Assembly (NCBI GenBank): GCA_951406725.2
Contig: OX597825.1
Location: 18,042,001-18,106,000 of the forward strand
Source: Octopus vulgaris
Lineage: Eukaryota
Reading direction: 5' to 3'
DNA length: 64,000 nt
Made by a program: the position numbers and the translations under genes. Positions 1-14,117 of the stretch are shown here, in pieces. Every line of letters starts with the position of its first letter. The stretch's first letter is position 1. The notes under the pieces were generated by a model, which did not search any database, had not been told where the DNA came from, and saw only the letters and a program-made list of their open reading frames with translations.

Positions 1-3000
1 GATTTGGGTTGTATGAGACTAACTAGAGCAGGCACGGATAGCTTTTATCCAGATGTGGGCTGTATGAGGCTAACTAGAACAGGCACGGATAGCTTTTATC
101 CAGATTTGGGCTGTGTGAGACTAACTAGAGCAGGCACGGATAGCTTTTATCCAGATTTGGGCTGTATGAGACTAACTAGAGCAGGCACGGATAGCTTTTA
201 CCCAGATGTGGGCTGTATGAGGCTAACTAGAACAGGCACGGATAGCTTTTATCCAGATTTGGGCTGTGTGAGACTAACTAGAGCAGACACGGATAGCTTT
301 TATCCAGATTTGGGCTGTATGAGACTAAGTAGAGCAGGCACGGATAGCTTTTATCCAGATGTGGGCTGTATGAGGCTAACTAGAACAGGCACGGATAGCT
401 CTTTTCCAGATTTGGGCTGTGTGAGACTAACTAGAGCAAGCACGGATAGCTTTTCCAGATTTGGGCTGTATGAGACTAACTAGAGCATGCACGAATAGCT
501 TTTTCCAGATGTGGGCTGTATGAGGCTAACTAGAACAGGCACGGATAGCTTTTTTCCAGATTTAGGCTGTGTGAGACTAACTAGAGCAGGCACGGATAGC
601 TTTTTTCCAGATTTGGGCTGTGTGAAACTAACTAGAGCAGGCACGGGTAGCTTTTCCACTGATGTGGGTTGTATGAGACTAACTAGAACAGGCACGGATA
701 GCTTTTCTCCAGATGTGGGCTGTATGAGGCTAACTAGAGCAGGCACGGATAGCTTTTATCCAGATGTGGACTGTATGAGGCTAACTAGAGCAGGCACGGA
801 TAGCTTTTATCCAGATTTGGGCTGTATGAGACTAACTAGAGCAGGCACGGATAGCTTTTTTCCAGATTTGGGCTGTGTGAGACTAACTAGAGCAGGCACG
901 GATAGCTTTTATCCAGATTTGGGCTGTATGAGACTAACTAGAGCAGGCACGGATAGCTTTTATCCAGATGTGGGCTGTATGAGGCTAACTAGAACAGGCA
1001 CGGATAGCTTTTATCCAGATTTGGGCTGTGTGAGACTAACTAGAGCAGGCACGGATAGCTTTTATCCAGATTTGGGCTGTATGAGACTAACTAGAGCAGG
1101 CACGGATAGCTTTTATCCAGATGTGGGCTGTATGAGGCTAACTAGAACAGGCACGGATAGCTTTTTCCAGATTTGGGCTGTGTGAGACTAACTAGAGCAG
1201 GCACGGATAGCTTTTATCCAGATTTGGGCTGTATGAGACTAAGTAGAGCAGGCACGGATAGCTTTTATCCAGATGTGGGCTGTATGAGAATAACTAGAAC
1301 AGGCACGGATAGCTCTTTTCCAGATTTGGGCTGTGTGAGACTAACTAGAGCAAGCACGGATAGCTTTTCCAGATTTGGGCTGTATGAGACTAACTAGAGC
1401 AGGCACGGATAGCTTTTATCCAGATGTGGGCTGTATGAGGCTAACTAGAACAGGCACGGATAGCTTTTTTCCAGATTTAGGCTGTGTGAGACTAACTAGA
1501 GCAGGCACGGATAGCTTTTTATCCAGATTTGGGCTGTATGAGACTAACTAGAGCAGGCACGGATAGCTTTTATCCAGATGTGGGCTGTATGAGTCTAACT
1601 AGAACAGGCATGGATAGCTTTTTCCAGATTTGGGCTGTGTGAAACTAACTAGAGCAGGCACGGATAGCTTTTTTCCAGATGTGGGCTGTATGAGTCTAAC
1701 TAGAGCAGGCACGGATAGCTTTTTTCCAGATTTGGGCTGTATGAGACTAACTAGAGCAGGCACAGATAGCTTTTTTCCAGATGTGGGCTGTATGAGTCTA
1801 AGTAGAGCAGGCACGGAGAGCTTTTTCCAGATGTGGGCTGTGTGAGACTAACTAGAGCAGGCACGGATAGCTTTTTTCCAGATTTGGGCTGTATGAGACT
1901 AACTAGAGCAGGCGCGGATAGCTTATTTCCAGATGTGGGCTGTATGAGTTTAACTAGAGCAGGCACGGATAGCTTTTTTCCAGATTTGGGCTGTATGAGT
2001 CTAACTAGAGCAAGCACGGGTAGCTTTTCCACTGATGTGGGTTGTATGAGACTAACTAGAGCAGGCACAGATAGCTTTTTTCCAGATGTGGGCTGTATGA
2101 GTCTAAGTAGAGCAGGCACGGATAGCTTTTTTCCAGATGTGGGCTGTGTGAGACTAACTAGAGCAGTCGCGGATAGCTTTTTTCCAGATGTGGGCTGTAT
2201 GAGTCTAACTAGAGCAGGCACGGATAGCTTTTTTCCAGATATGGGCTGTGTAAGTCTAACTAGAGCACGCACGGATAGCTTTTTTCCACTGATGTGGGTT
2301 GTATGAGACTAACTAGAACAGGCACGGAATAGCTTTTCTCCTGATGTGGTCTGTATGAGGCTAACTAGAGCAGGCACGGATAGCTTTTCTCCAGATGTGG
2401 ACTGTATGAGGCTAACTAGAGCAGGCACGGATTGCTTTTATCCAGATGTGGGCTGTATGAGGCTAACTAGAACAGGCACGGATAGCTTTTATCCAGATTT
2501 GGGCTGTGTGAGACTAACTAGAGCAGGCACGGATAGCTTTTATCCAGATTTGGGCTGTATGAGACTAACTAGAGCAGGCACGGATAGCTTTTACCCAGAT
2601 GTGGGCTGTATGAGGCTAACTAGAACAGGCACGGATAGCTCTTTTCCAGATTTGGGCTGTGTGAGACTAACTAGAGCAAGACACGGATAGCTTTTATCCA
2701 GATTTGGGCTGTATGAGACTAAGTAGAGCAGGCACGGATAGCTTTTATCCAGATGTGGGCTGTATGAGGCTAACTAGATCAGGCACGGATAGCCTTTTTC
2801 CAGATTTGGGCTGTGTGAGATTAACTAGAGCAGGCACGGATAGCTTTTATCCAGATTTGGTCTGTATGAGACTAACTAGAGCAGGCACAGATAGCTTTTT
2901 CCAGATGTGGGCCTGTATGAGTCTAAGTAGAGCAGACACGGAGAGCATTTTTCCAGATGTGGGCTGTGTGAGACTAACTAGAGCAGGCACGAATAGCTTT

Positions 3001-6000
3001 TTTCCAGATTTGGGCTGTATGAGACTAACTAGAGCAGGCACGGATAGCTTTTTTCCAGATTTGGGCTGTAAGAGTCTAACTAGAGCAGGCACGGATAGCT
3101 TTTTTCCAGATATGGGCTGTATGAGTCTAACTAGAGCAGGCACGGATAGCTTTTTTCCAGATTTGGGCTGTGTGAGTCTAACTAGAGCAAGCACGGGTAG
3201 CTTTTACACTGATGTGGGCTGTATGAGACTAACTAGAGCAGACACGGATAGCTTTTCTCCAGATATGGGCTGTATGAGACTGACTAGAGCAGGCACGGAT
3301 AGCTTTTCTCCAGTTGTGGGCTGTATGAGTCTAACTAGAGCAAGCACGGATAGCTTTTCTCCAGATTTGGGCTGTGTGAGTCTAACTAGAGCAAGCACGG
3401 ATAGCTTTTCTCCTGATGTGGGCTGTAAAAAACTAACTAGAGCAAGCACGGATAGCTTTTTTCCAGATGTGGGTTGTATGAGTCTAACTAGAGCAGGCAC
3501 GGATAGCTTTTTTCCAGATTGTGGGTTGTATGAGACTAACTAGAGCAGGCACGGATAGCTTTTTTTCCTGATGTGGGCTGTATGAGACTAACTAGAGCAG
3601 GCACGGATAGCTTTTTTCCAGATGTGGGTTGTATAAAACTAACTAGAGCAGGCACGGATAGCTTATTTCCTGATGTGGGCTGTATGAGACTAACTAGAGC
3701 AGGCACGGATAGCTTTTCTCCAGTTGTGGGCTGTATGAGTCTAACTAGAGCAAGCACGGATAGCTTTTATCCAGATTTGGGCTGTGTGAGTCTAACTAGA
3801 GCAGGCACGGATAGCTTTTCTCCTGATTTGGGCTGTATAAAACTAACTAGAGCAGGCACGGATAGCTTATTTCCTGATGTGGGCTGTATGAGACTAACTA
3901 GAGCAGGCACGGATAGCTTTTCTCCAGTTGTGGGCTGTATGAGTCTAACTAGAGCAAGCACGGATAGCTTTTCTCCAGATTTGGGCTGTGTGAGTCTAAC
4001 TAGAGCAAGCACGGATAGCTTTTCTCCTGATTTGGGCTGTATAAAACTAACTAGAGCAGGCACGGATAGCTTTTTCCAGATGTGGGTTGTATGAGTCTAA
4101 CTAGAGCAGGCACGGATAGCTTTTTTCCTGATATGGGCTGTATGAGACTAACTAGAGCAGGCACGGATAGCTTTTTTCCAGATGTGGGTTATATAAAACT
4201 AACTAGAGCAGGCACGGATAGCTTATTTCCTGATGTGGGCTGTATGAGACTAACTAGAGCAGGCACGGATAGCNNNNNNNNNNNNNNNNNNNNNNNNNNN
4301 NNNNNNNNNNNNNNNNNNNNNNNNNNNNNNNNNNNNNNNNNNNNNNNNNNNNNNNNNNNNNNNNNNNNNNNNNGATGTGGGTTGTATGAGACTAACTAGA
4401 GCAGGCACGGATAGCTTTTTCCTGATGTGGGCTGTATGAGACTAACTAGAGCAGGCACGGATAGCTTTTCCACTGATGTGGGCTGTATGAGACTAACTAG
4501 AGCAGGCACGGATAGCTTTTCTCCAGATGTGGGCTGTATGAGACTAACTAGAGCAGGCACGGATAGCTTTTATCCAGATTTGGGCTGTATGAGACTAACT
4601 AGAGCAGGCACGGATAGCTTTTATCCAGATGTGGGCTGTATGAGACTAACTAGAGCAGGCACGGGTAGCTTTTATCCAGATGTGGGCTGTATGAGACTAA
4701 CTAGAGCAGGCACGGATAGCTTTTTTCCAGATGTGGGCTGTATGAGACTAACTAGAGCAGGCACGGATAGCTTTTATCCAGATTTGGGCTGTATGAGACT
4801 AACTAGAGCAGGCACGGATAGCTTTTTTCCAGATGTGGGCTGTATGAGACTAACTAGAGCAGGCACGGATAGCTTTTTTCCAGATGTGGGCTGTGTGAGA
4901 CTAACTAGAGCAGGCACGGATAGCTTTTTTCCAGATTTGGGCTGTATGAGACTAACTAGAGCAGGCACGGATAGCTTTTTTCCAGATGTGGGCTGTATGA
5001 GACTAACTAGAGCAGGCACGGATAGCTTTTTTCCAGATTTGGGCTGTATGAGACTAACTAGAGCAGGCACGGATAGCTTTTATCCAGATGTGGGCTGTAT
5101 GAGACTAACTAGAGCAGGCACGGATAGCTTTTTCCAGATTTGGGCTGTTGAGACTAACTAGAGCAGGCACGGATAGATCCAGATTTGGGCTGTATGAGAC
5201 TAACTAGAGCAGGCACGGATAGCTTTTTCCAGATGTGGGCTGTATGAACTAACTAGAGCAGCTTTTCCAGATGTGGGCTGTATGAGACTAACTAGAGCAG
5301 CTTTTTCCACGAGATAGCTTTTTCCAGATGTGGGCTGTATGAGACTAACTAGAGCAGGCACGGATAGCTTTTTCCAGATGGGCTGGGCTTATAAACTAAC
5401 TAGAGCCATGGCAACTAGAGCGCGGATGCTTTTTCCTGATGTGGCTGTATGAGACTAACTAGAGCAGGCACGGATAGCTTTTTCCTGATTTGGGCTGTAT
5501 GAGACTAACAGGCACGGATAGCTTTTATCCAGATGTGGGCTGTATGAGACTAACTAGAGCAGGCACGGATAGAGCGGCAGCTTTTATCCTGATGTGGGCT
5601 GTATGAGACTAACTAGAGCAGGCACGGATAGCTTTATTCCAGATGTGGGCTGTATGAGACTAACTAGAGCAGGCACGGATAGCTTTTATCCAGATGTGGG
5701 CTGTATGAGACTAACTAGAGCAGGCACGGATAGCTTTTTCCAGATGTGGGCTGTATGAGACTAACTAGAGCAGGCACGGATAGCTTTTTTCCAGATGTGG
5801 GCTGTATGAGTCTAACTAGAGCAGGCACGGATAGCTTTTTTCCAGATTTGGGCTGTATGAGTCTAACTAGAGCAGGCACGGATAGCTTTTTTCCAGATTT
5901 GGGCTGTATGAGTCTAACTAGAGCAGGCACGGATAGCTTTTTTCCAGATTTGGGCTGTATGAGACTAACTAGAGCAGGCACGGATAGCTTTTTTCCAGAT

Positions 6001-7584
6001 TTGGGCTGTAAGAGTCTAACTAGAGCAGGCACGGATAGCTTTTTTTCCAGATTTGGGCTGTATGAGTCTAACTAGAGCAGGCACGGATAGCTTTTTTCCA
6101 GATTTGGGCTGTATGAGTCTAACTAGAGCAGGCACGGATAGCTTTTTTCCAGATGTGGGCTGTATGAGTCTAACTAGAGCAGGCACGGATAGCTTTTTTC
6201 CACGACACGGACTAGAGCAGGCACGGATAGCTTTTTTCCATATGTGGGTTGTATGAGACTAACTAGAGCAGGCACGGATAGCTTTTTCCAGATGTGGGCT
6301 GTATGAGACTAACTAGAGCAGGCACGGATAGCTTTTTTCCAGATTTGGGCTGTATGAAACTAACTAGAGCAGGCACGGATAGCTTTTTTCCAGATGTGGG
6401 CTGTATGAGTCTAACTAGAGCAGGCACGGATAGCTTTTTTCCTGATGTGGGCTGTATGAGTCTAACTAGAGCAGGCACGGATAGCTTTTTTCCTGATGTG
6501 GGCTGTATAAAACTAACTAGAGCAGGCACGGATAGCTTTTTTCCAGATGTGGGCTGTATGAGACTAACTAGAGCAGGCACGGATAGCTTTTTTCCATATG
6601 TGGGTTGTATGAGACTAACTAGAGCAGGCACGGATAGCTTTTTTCCTGATGTGGGCTGTATGAGACTAACTAGAGCAGGCACGGATAGCTTTTTTCCAGA
6701 TGTGGGCTGTATGAGACTAACTAGAGCAGGCACGGATAGCTTTTTTCCTGATGTGGGCTGTATGAGACTAACTAGAGCAGGCACGGATAGCTTTTTTCCA
6801 GATGTGGGCTGTATGAGACTAACTAGAGCAGGCACGGATAGCTTTTCTCCAGATTTGGGCTGTGTGAGTCTAACTAGAGCAAGCACGGATAGCTTTTCTC
6901 CTGATTTGGGCTGTATAAAACTAACTAGAGCAGGCACGGATAGCTTTTTTCCAGATGTGGGTTGTATGAGTCTAACTAGAGCAGGCACGGATAGCTTTTT
7001 TCCTGATGTGGGCTGTATGAGACTGACTAGAGCAGGCACGGATAGCTTTTTTCCAGATGTGGGTTATATAAAACTAACTAGAGCAGGCACGATAGCTTTT
7101 TTCCTGATGTGGGCTGTATGAGACTAACTAGAGCAGGCACGGATAGCTTTTTTCCAGATTTGGGCTGTATGAGTCTAACTAGAGCAGGCACGGATAGCTT
7201 TTTTCCTGATGTGGGCTGTATGAGACTAACTAGAGCAGGCACGGATAGCTTTTTTTCCTGATGTGGGCTGTATGAGACTAACTAGAGCAGGCACGGATAG
7301 CTTTTTTCCTGATGTGGGCTGTATGAGTCTAACTAGAGCAGGCACGGATAGCTTTTTTCCTGATGTTGGCTGTATGAGTCTAATTAGAGCAGGCACGGAT
7401 AGCTTTTTTCCTGATGTGGGCTGTATGAGTCTAACTAGAGCAGGCACGGATAGCTTTTTTCCTGATGTTGGCTGTATGAGTCTAATTAGAGCAGGCACGG
7501 ATAGCTTTTTTCCTGATGTGGGCTGTATGAGTCTAACTAGAGCAGGCACGGATAGCTTTTTTCCAGATGTGGACTCTATGAGAC
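1..7584. repeat. 51-bp tandem satellite/minisatellite, about 148 units, consensus GAT(T/G)TGGGCTGTATGAGACTAACTAGAGCAGGCACGGATAGCTTTT(T/A)TCCA
   Basis: Unit directly visible and repeated head-to-tail from base 1 (array runs off the window) to a degenerate last unit near 7584; indels concentrate in the T run. Confidence 0.98.
4274..4373. other. Assembly gap (100 N) inside the satellite
   Basis: Exactly 100 N; true array length is therefore unknown. Confidence 0.99.
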
Positions 7585-7861
7585 ATGGCTGATCATCAGG
7601 CTTAAGGTACTACTGCAAATATGCAAAGGATATTTCGTTAGATTAAAAAAAATAGCATAATATTGTCACTGACAAGGGACTATGAATTGCCAGTGTATAC
7701 TATGCATTAGATAATTTGGGGGATGCGTAAGAAATGACGCGTAGCCATAGACAATCTGTCAGCAGTTACAAATTTTGGCCAGCGGAATACATAGGATGTC
7801 GCAGCTGGAGCGAGACATGGATGGATAGAAAGATTGATTGATAAAGAAATGGGGAAGGGCT

Positions 7862-7882
7862 AGAGAGAGAGAGAGAGAGGGG

Positions 7883-7914
<32 letters not shown>
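7862..7914. repeat. (GA)n microsatellite
   Basis: Direct reading. Confidence 0.95.
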
Positions 7915-7917
<3 letters not shown>

Positions 7918-8413
7918 GGAGAAAGAGAAAGAGTGGGGATCTAAGCCAAAGTCGGAAGACTTCTGGTGGAGAAAATCCAAGTTTCTCGATGATCATACCA
8001 CCATATGGTTTGGCGAAGAGTAAATAATCCAATGAAAAGATGGAAACAAAGAAAATTCATTAACACATCTTAAATTTTAAGTTACACGTGTTTCTGTACT
8101 GTGTCCATTTGCAAAACTAGTTTCTACGAAAATTCTAAAACGAAAAATTACGTAATATATGCGGTTTTGGGCATTGGAGAAGCACTTCCTAAGACTTGCA
8201 TTAAAGTCAGGCTATTATATTGTGCACCGGTCAGACCTTGTCATGAAAGTATCAGGAGAAAAGGAAAGGGAAAAAAATTGAATCTTATATGTAGGATGGG
8301 TCTGTGGGGCGAGATCAAGGGAGTGGATACGTATAAAAATAGGATGGAGAAATGGAACGTGGGTAGGGAAATGACTAGGAGGTAAAAGAGAAGAATCGGA
8401 AGGAAAAAGAAAG

Positions 8414-8620
8414 GAAGAAGAAGAAGGAGAAGGAGAAGGTGAAGAAGAAGAAGGAGAAGAAGAAGGAGGAGAAGAAGGAGAAGAAGAAGAAGAAGAAGAA
8501 GGAGAAGAAGGAGAAGAAAAAGAAGAAGAAGAAGAAGAAGAAGAAGAAGAAGAAGAAGAAGAAGAAGAAGAAGAAGAAGAAGAAGAAGAAGAAGAAGAAG
8601 AAGAAGAAGAAGAAGAAGAA
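8414..8620. repeat. (GAA)n trinucleotide microsatellite
   Basis: Direct reading; explains the poly-K and poly-L ORFs. Confidence 0.97.
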
Positions 8621-9708
8621 TTGTCTCTCTTAACTTCACAGATATGCCTGTAAATTTTAACCGTCTACTAGTGTTCATTAATATTTTGTGGTTAATTCAT
8701 CCAGTAGTATGAAATTGAAATATGCCCGCGCAGTTTGACGAAAGCGTCGCAATCCGCAGTCTATGTTATCTGATTTTGTGAGCATCATGCAACATGGCGC
8801 CGATATATGTGTGTCAGCTCTAAACTCTTTTAAAACTTACAAAATAGCGGAAAAGTAAAATAAAAATCAAACACCCTTTCAAGAGCCCAAATAACGACAA
8901 CGTTCACAGCATCAACAGAAAACCATTTAGGACACCAGCATCACTTAGTGTATCAAAAGCAGCAATAATTACGACGGAAAAGCCAAAAAAAAAAATTTAA
9001 AATATCGGGAAGAAAAAGGAAAAAAAGGAAAAATATTTTAATAGAAAAATAAAACAAACAAAAGAATAAAAGTATTGAGGAAACTAGTAGAAATATCGTA
9101 TTATGTTCTTCTAAATTAGTTATTTAACAAATCTTTGATGTTATTAATTAAACTTCCTTCGATCACTTAATGTTGATTTAAATCATTTACGTGGCTAATT
9201 CTAATTTATGATTGGTTTATTTTCTTGTTCTTCTTGTATGTATACATGTTTGAATATTACATATATTGTTTATTACACTTAATGTAATTTACACTTTATT
9301 CCTAAATATATGTATGTGTGTGTTTATGAGCGCAGATACACGCACGCGGACACACACATGTATTATATATACATATAAATGCATGTATATATATATATAT
9401 ATATATATATATGTCTATGTATGTCTATATATGTGTGTGTGTGTAGCACTTTGTGCATGTATTTGTTGAAGAATGTTTGTGTTATTGAATGTATGCATGC
9501 TCGTATGTATGTATGTATGTATGTATGTATGTGTGTATGTATGTATGTATGTATGTATCTATGAATGTATGTGCGTATGAATGTGTAATATACTGCCGGA
9601 CTAATATAAAAAGTATTAAATTACCCTCATTTCCACAGGCCGATGCACATCCTTTTTATTTTATTTTCTTTTTTCTTTTTATTGTTGTTTTTGATTGCAC
9701 ACTCTGAG

Positions 9709-10009
<301 letters not shown>

Positions 10010-10633
10010 TGACGCACTCTCTCATCATTTCCACTCTATCTCAGTTTCATTCTCTCATCTCTTGCATGTGGCTCCCAAATCCCTCTTTCATTCGCTATAA
10101 CTCCTACGATCTTCTTTCACTATCGTGCTTTCAACATTTTTTTCTTGTCCCCACAACCTTTTTTTTTACCCCCTAATTTTACAAATCTGCATACACACAA
10201 TCTTCTTTTATATCATTCAAATATTTTTTTTTTATATCTATTTCTTTTCTTCCTACATCTACTCCAATCATAATCAACGTTTGCATGATTCAGTCAACAG
10301 TTCTTTATTCTTTCCTTTATGTATTTTCAATATACCCTTCACATCTTACATTAAAATCTTTTAATGAATCACATTCACATCCTCACATTTTCACTTCTAC
10401 CTTTCTCTATCATTACCTTTGCCTATTCTGTTTCTCTGAGTCTCTCCTTCATTCCAAGTCACTATCTCTCACGATTCATATTCTCCTCATCTTCACTCTT
10501 GCATTAAAGACAAGTCTCTCCCTATTTCCAATTACACACCAGTTTGCCTTCTTTTAGGAGGTTGTTTTTTATTTTTAAGATATACGCAGATATTTATACT
10601 CATATGCATGAGTCTATGTACATATGTATGTAA

Positions 10634-10634
<1 letters not shown>

Positions 10635-10718
<84 letters not shown>

Positions 10719-10727
10719 AACACACAC

Positions 10728-10764
<37 letters not shown>
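10635..10764. repeat. Compound (TA)n/(CA)n/(TG)n microsatellite
   Basis: Direct reading. Confidence 0.9.
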
Positions 10765-12467
10765 AAGGTGTGTGTAGATGTGTTTACATATAAATAATAT
10801 GTCTATGTATCTGTATATGTACAACGTATGCATATGAAATACGTACATGCATCGATACACTCATGTGTATATTTAAATGGGAGCATGTATAGACATGCAT
10901 ATATATGCCCATATATGCCTGTGTGTTTGTAACCGTGTGTGTATTTCCATAGAAGCATTAAATATATCAGAGGAACACCATTCAAGGCAGCGTAGGACTT
11001 ACGTAAGCGCTTGTAACAGCATGTAAACGAAAAATAGAACAAAAATCATTTAGTACCTTCAACGAATCAATATAACTCTTTTCATGTTTTCCATATTATG
11101 TGAAGTTCTATTTTACAATTTATAGATGGTTTCTTGATATTAATCGAATTTGTTTAAGGGAAAAATAAGATATCGTTTTTTTTTTATTTACATTTTCTTT
11201 TCATTTTCTTTTCATTTTCTTTCTGCCAATAAAGTGCATACAATGTATGGATTGCTTGTAATTAACTTCATTATAGCGGGAAAAAATTAATTAATTCCTG
11301 TTAAAGGAATACTAAATGATTTTTGATAAGTTGCAAGACATATTTTCACACATATAAACTGTCTCCTTTAACTATAATGGCCTCTGTGCAAGGACTGATT
11401 CTATTGAAAAGATGGTTAAAAAGATGGTTAAAATCAACTGAAGCTAGATCAATTCTAGTTTCTAGTACCTACTTAATTATAACAGTTCCTTGGTTTCATA
11501 AACTATCAAAGGTCTCATACAACCTTTGATAGTCGTGAACTCATAATACGAATTTCGAGCGTATTCATAAACTAAATTATAATGGTGGTGCTGCAGTCAA
11601 TTATATCGAACATGGTATTGGTTTGGTACATGTCACGTCCATCCTTTATCATTTTTACTTCAATAAAAAGGATCTACACCGTTATAAAAAGGCTAGAAAA
11701 TATATTAATATATTTCGCAACACTGTATTGGCAAAGATAAACCGCGACAAATTTACCTTCATAACATGAATTAACGTAATGTTTGCTTTATGGTTCGTTC
11801 GGCGAGAGAAGTACAGCGTCCATAGCAATTCACTTTTGTTCCAGGACTAGAGGAAGACAGATGTACATCCTCATCTTGAAACGTAAATGAACAGCAGTTT
11901 GCCAAAGGCAGCCAATGTATAGGTGTTGGTGTTAAACATCGACGGATGTATTACGTCTATACTCAGTGAAATCAGAACGTGAAGAGAGCAAACAAAAGAT
12001 GCAAGGCTTCCTGTTCGGTTTTCTAACGGCTAACCAGATGCATTACCTTGTAATAATATTATCGTATTATCGTATTATCGTACCCAGAAAGAAGATGATC
12101 AAAATTGTCTTCAGTGAATTTCGAAATCATGTACGACGAGAACTGTAAATACCGCGAGATACTTTCTGCCAATAACTTTGCCGATAGGCTGCCTTAAATA
12201 TTTCGAGCCGTTGTTACAGCCGTTCTTTACATTTAACCATACAAATACAAAACAGTTTAAAATTAACCACTGAATAACTGCCTTACACATTCAGATCAAT
12301 ATAAAAAATTATTATTTCTGATTTAGCGATTTTGGTGGAGTGCTTACACTTTACTATCTATCTCAGAAGAAGAACATAAAGAACAGGAGGAAGACATCTG
12401 CCCAACTTTCTATATATCTATCTCCTCTTTATCTCTTCTGTCTGTCTGTCTGTCTGTCTGTCTCTAT

Positions 12468-12529
<62 letters not shown>

Positions 12530-12754
12530 ATCTCGACTTTCATCACCTATGTTCCTGCCGCAAGGCTTCACTTCCAAACACACCAGCTTAATTTAATCCG
12601 TCCTTAGTCGAAAGACGCCCGTCGTTAACGTGCTTTTGTTTGTATTTGTAATTGTGTACCATTTCTCCGTTCTTTTCCGTTCTTGTTTTCGTATACATTC
12701 GCTTGCTCAAGTGCTCTTAGCTTAGATTTTCTTCCGACAATTTGTGAACCTCCT

Positions 12755-12868
12755 AGGCACAAGGTCCAGAATTTAGTGTGGGAGGGGTCAGTTGATTAGC
12801 TGGAGCCCAGAACGCAAGTGGTACCTAATTTATCGACCCTGAAAAGATGAAAGGCAACGTCGACCTCC
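12755..12868 (-). mobile_element. Old fragment of SINE family B
   Basis: GGTACCTAATTTATCGACCCTGAAAAGATGAAAGGCAACGTCGACCTC matches the reverse complement of the copy at 35978-36393. Confidence 0.65.
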
Positions 12869-12959
12869 TTCTCGTATAATTACCAAATAAATAATAACAA
12901 ACGACGGATAATTGTCAACTCAAGGAGCTGACAATTAGCCATCGTATATTATTCATTTG

Positions 12960-13041
<82 letters not shown>

Positions 13042-13459
13042 CTTGGATACATGTGTGTATGTGTGTGTGTGTGTTTGATGTAGTATAAATAGCCGCCGTG
13101 ATAACATTTTTTGGGTCTATGCACTGACTCTTTAGTGACTCTAATGCTGCAAAATTAGGATCTAAATCCAGCATGATCCAGTTTGTATCAGTAGTATCTG
13201 CAGATTAGACTTCATGTGTCTAGGTTGTCTATAGAAGAAGAACGTGAACGGAAGCCACCAGAAGAATGAATTTCAGTAGTGCTTGCATATCAAATGACTA
13301 TTGTCAAGGAAGATGGCAAATGTGTAGATGAAAGGAATCTGGGAGAGCGTGCAAGAAAAAGAAAACGAACTGTCGAGTAAAGGAAAGGTTCGTAGTCGAA
13401 ATGTGAATGTTTCAAGACGTTGATAGCGACGACTATGATAATGATGATGATGGTCATAT

Positions 13460-14117
13460 GGAGAGGAGAAAGGGGATGAGGAGGGGAAGAGGTTAGGGAA
13501 GTGAAGAGGTGGAGGAAGGGAAGAAGTGGAGGATAGGAATAGGAGGAAGAGAAGAGCAGGAGGGATGAAGGGAAGAAGTGGAGGAAAGGGTAAAGGTGGA
13601 GGAATGGAAGAGGAGGAAAGAGAAGATTTGGAGGAAAGACTTGGGGAAAGAGGAGGAGGAAGGGAATGGGAGGGAGGAAGGAAGGAAAAGTGGTGGAAGA
13701 GAGGAGGAAGAAAAGAAGAGGTAGTAGGAGAGGGAGAAAAAGAAGGTAGGTGGCTGAAGGGGAAGGTGAGAAGTGGAAAGTAAAATTTCTGGAAGAGGTG
13801 GAGAGAGGGAAGAGAAGGCGGAGGAAAGGACGAAGTGGAGGGTGGAAGCAGGTAGGGCAGGGGGAAAAGGAGGAGGTGGAAGATGAGGAGAGGAAAGAGG
13901 AGGAGGAGGAGGAGGGGAAGTGATTGTGAGTAGTGTGAGAACCCTGAAGAAAGTGATTGTGACAGAGACAAGTATGAAGATGATAAGGAGGAGGAGGACC
14001 AGGAATAGCAGGAGGAGGAAGAGAAGGAGTAGGAGGAGGAGGGGAAGTAGAGGGATAAAAGTAAAGAAGGGGAGGAGGTGGTGCTGGCAGTGCTGTTTCT
14101 GAAGGAGGAGGGGGAGG
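13460..14117. repeat. About 650-bp purine-rich (GGA/GAA/AGG) low-complexity tract
   Basis: Plus strand is overwhelmingly A/G with degenerate GGA/GAA units. Confidence 0.9.

Noticed and set aside
1-7584. CRISPR array or hammerhead-containing satellite
   Set aside because: No unique spacers and the context is eukaryotic. CTGTATGAGAC resembles CUGAUGA but there is no GAAA box or helix II.
1-7592. Satellite as a protein-coding repeat (DLGCMRLTRAGTDSFYP)n or antisense (PALVSLIQPTSGKKLSV)n
   Set aside because: A 17-codon unit is stop-free with probability about (61/64)^17 = 0.44 per frame, so two open frames of six is expected. Frameshifts in the T run are frequent and most variants are non-synonymous. 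Not fully excluded if the indels are sequencing errors.
8786-8803. CAACATGGCGCCG YY1-like or start-codon motif
   Set aside because: Single short motif, the ORF closes after nine codons, and there is no other promoter evidence.
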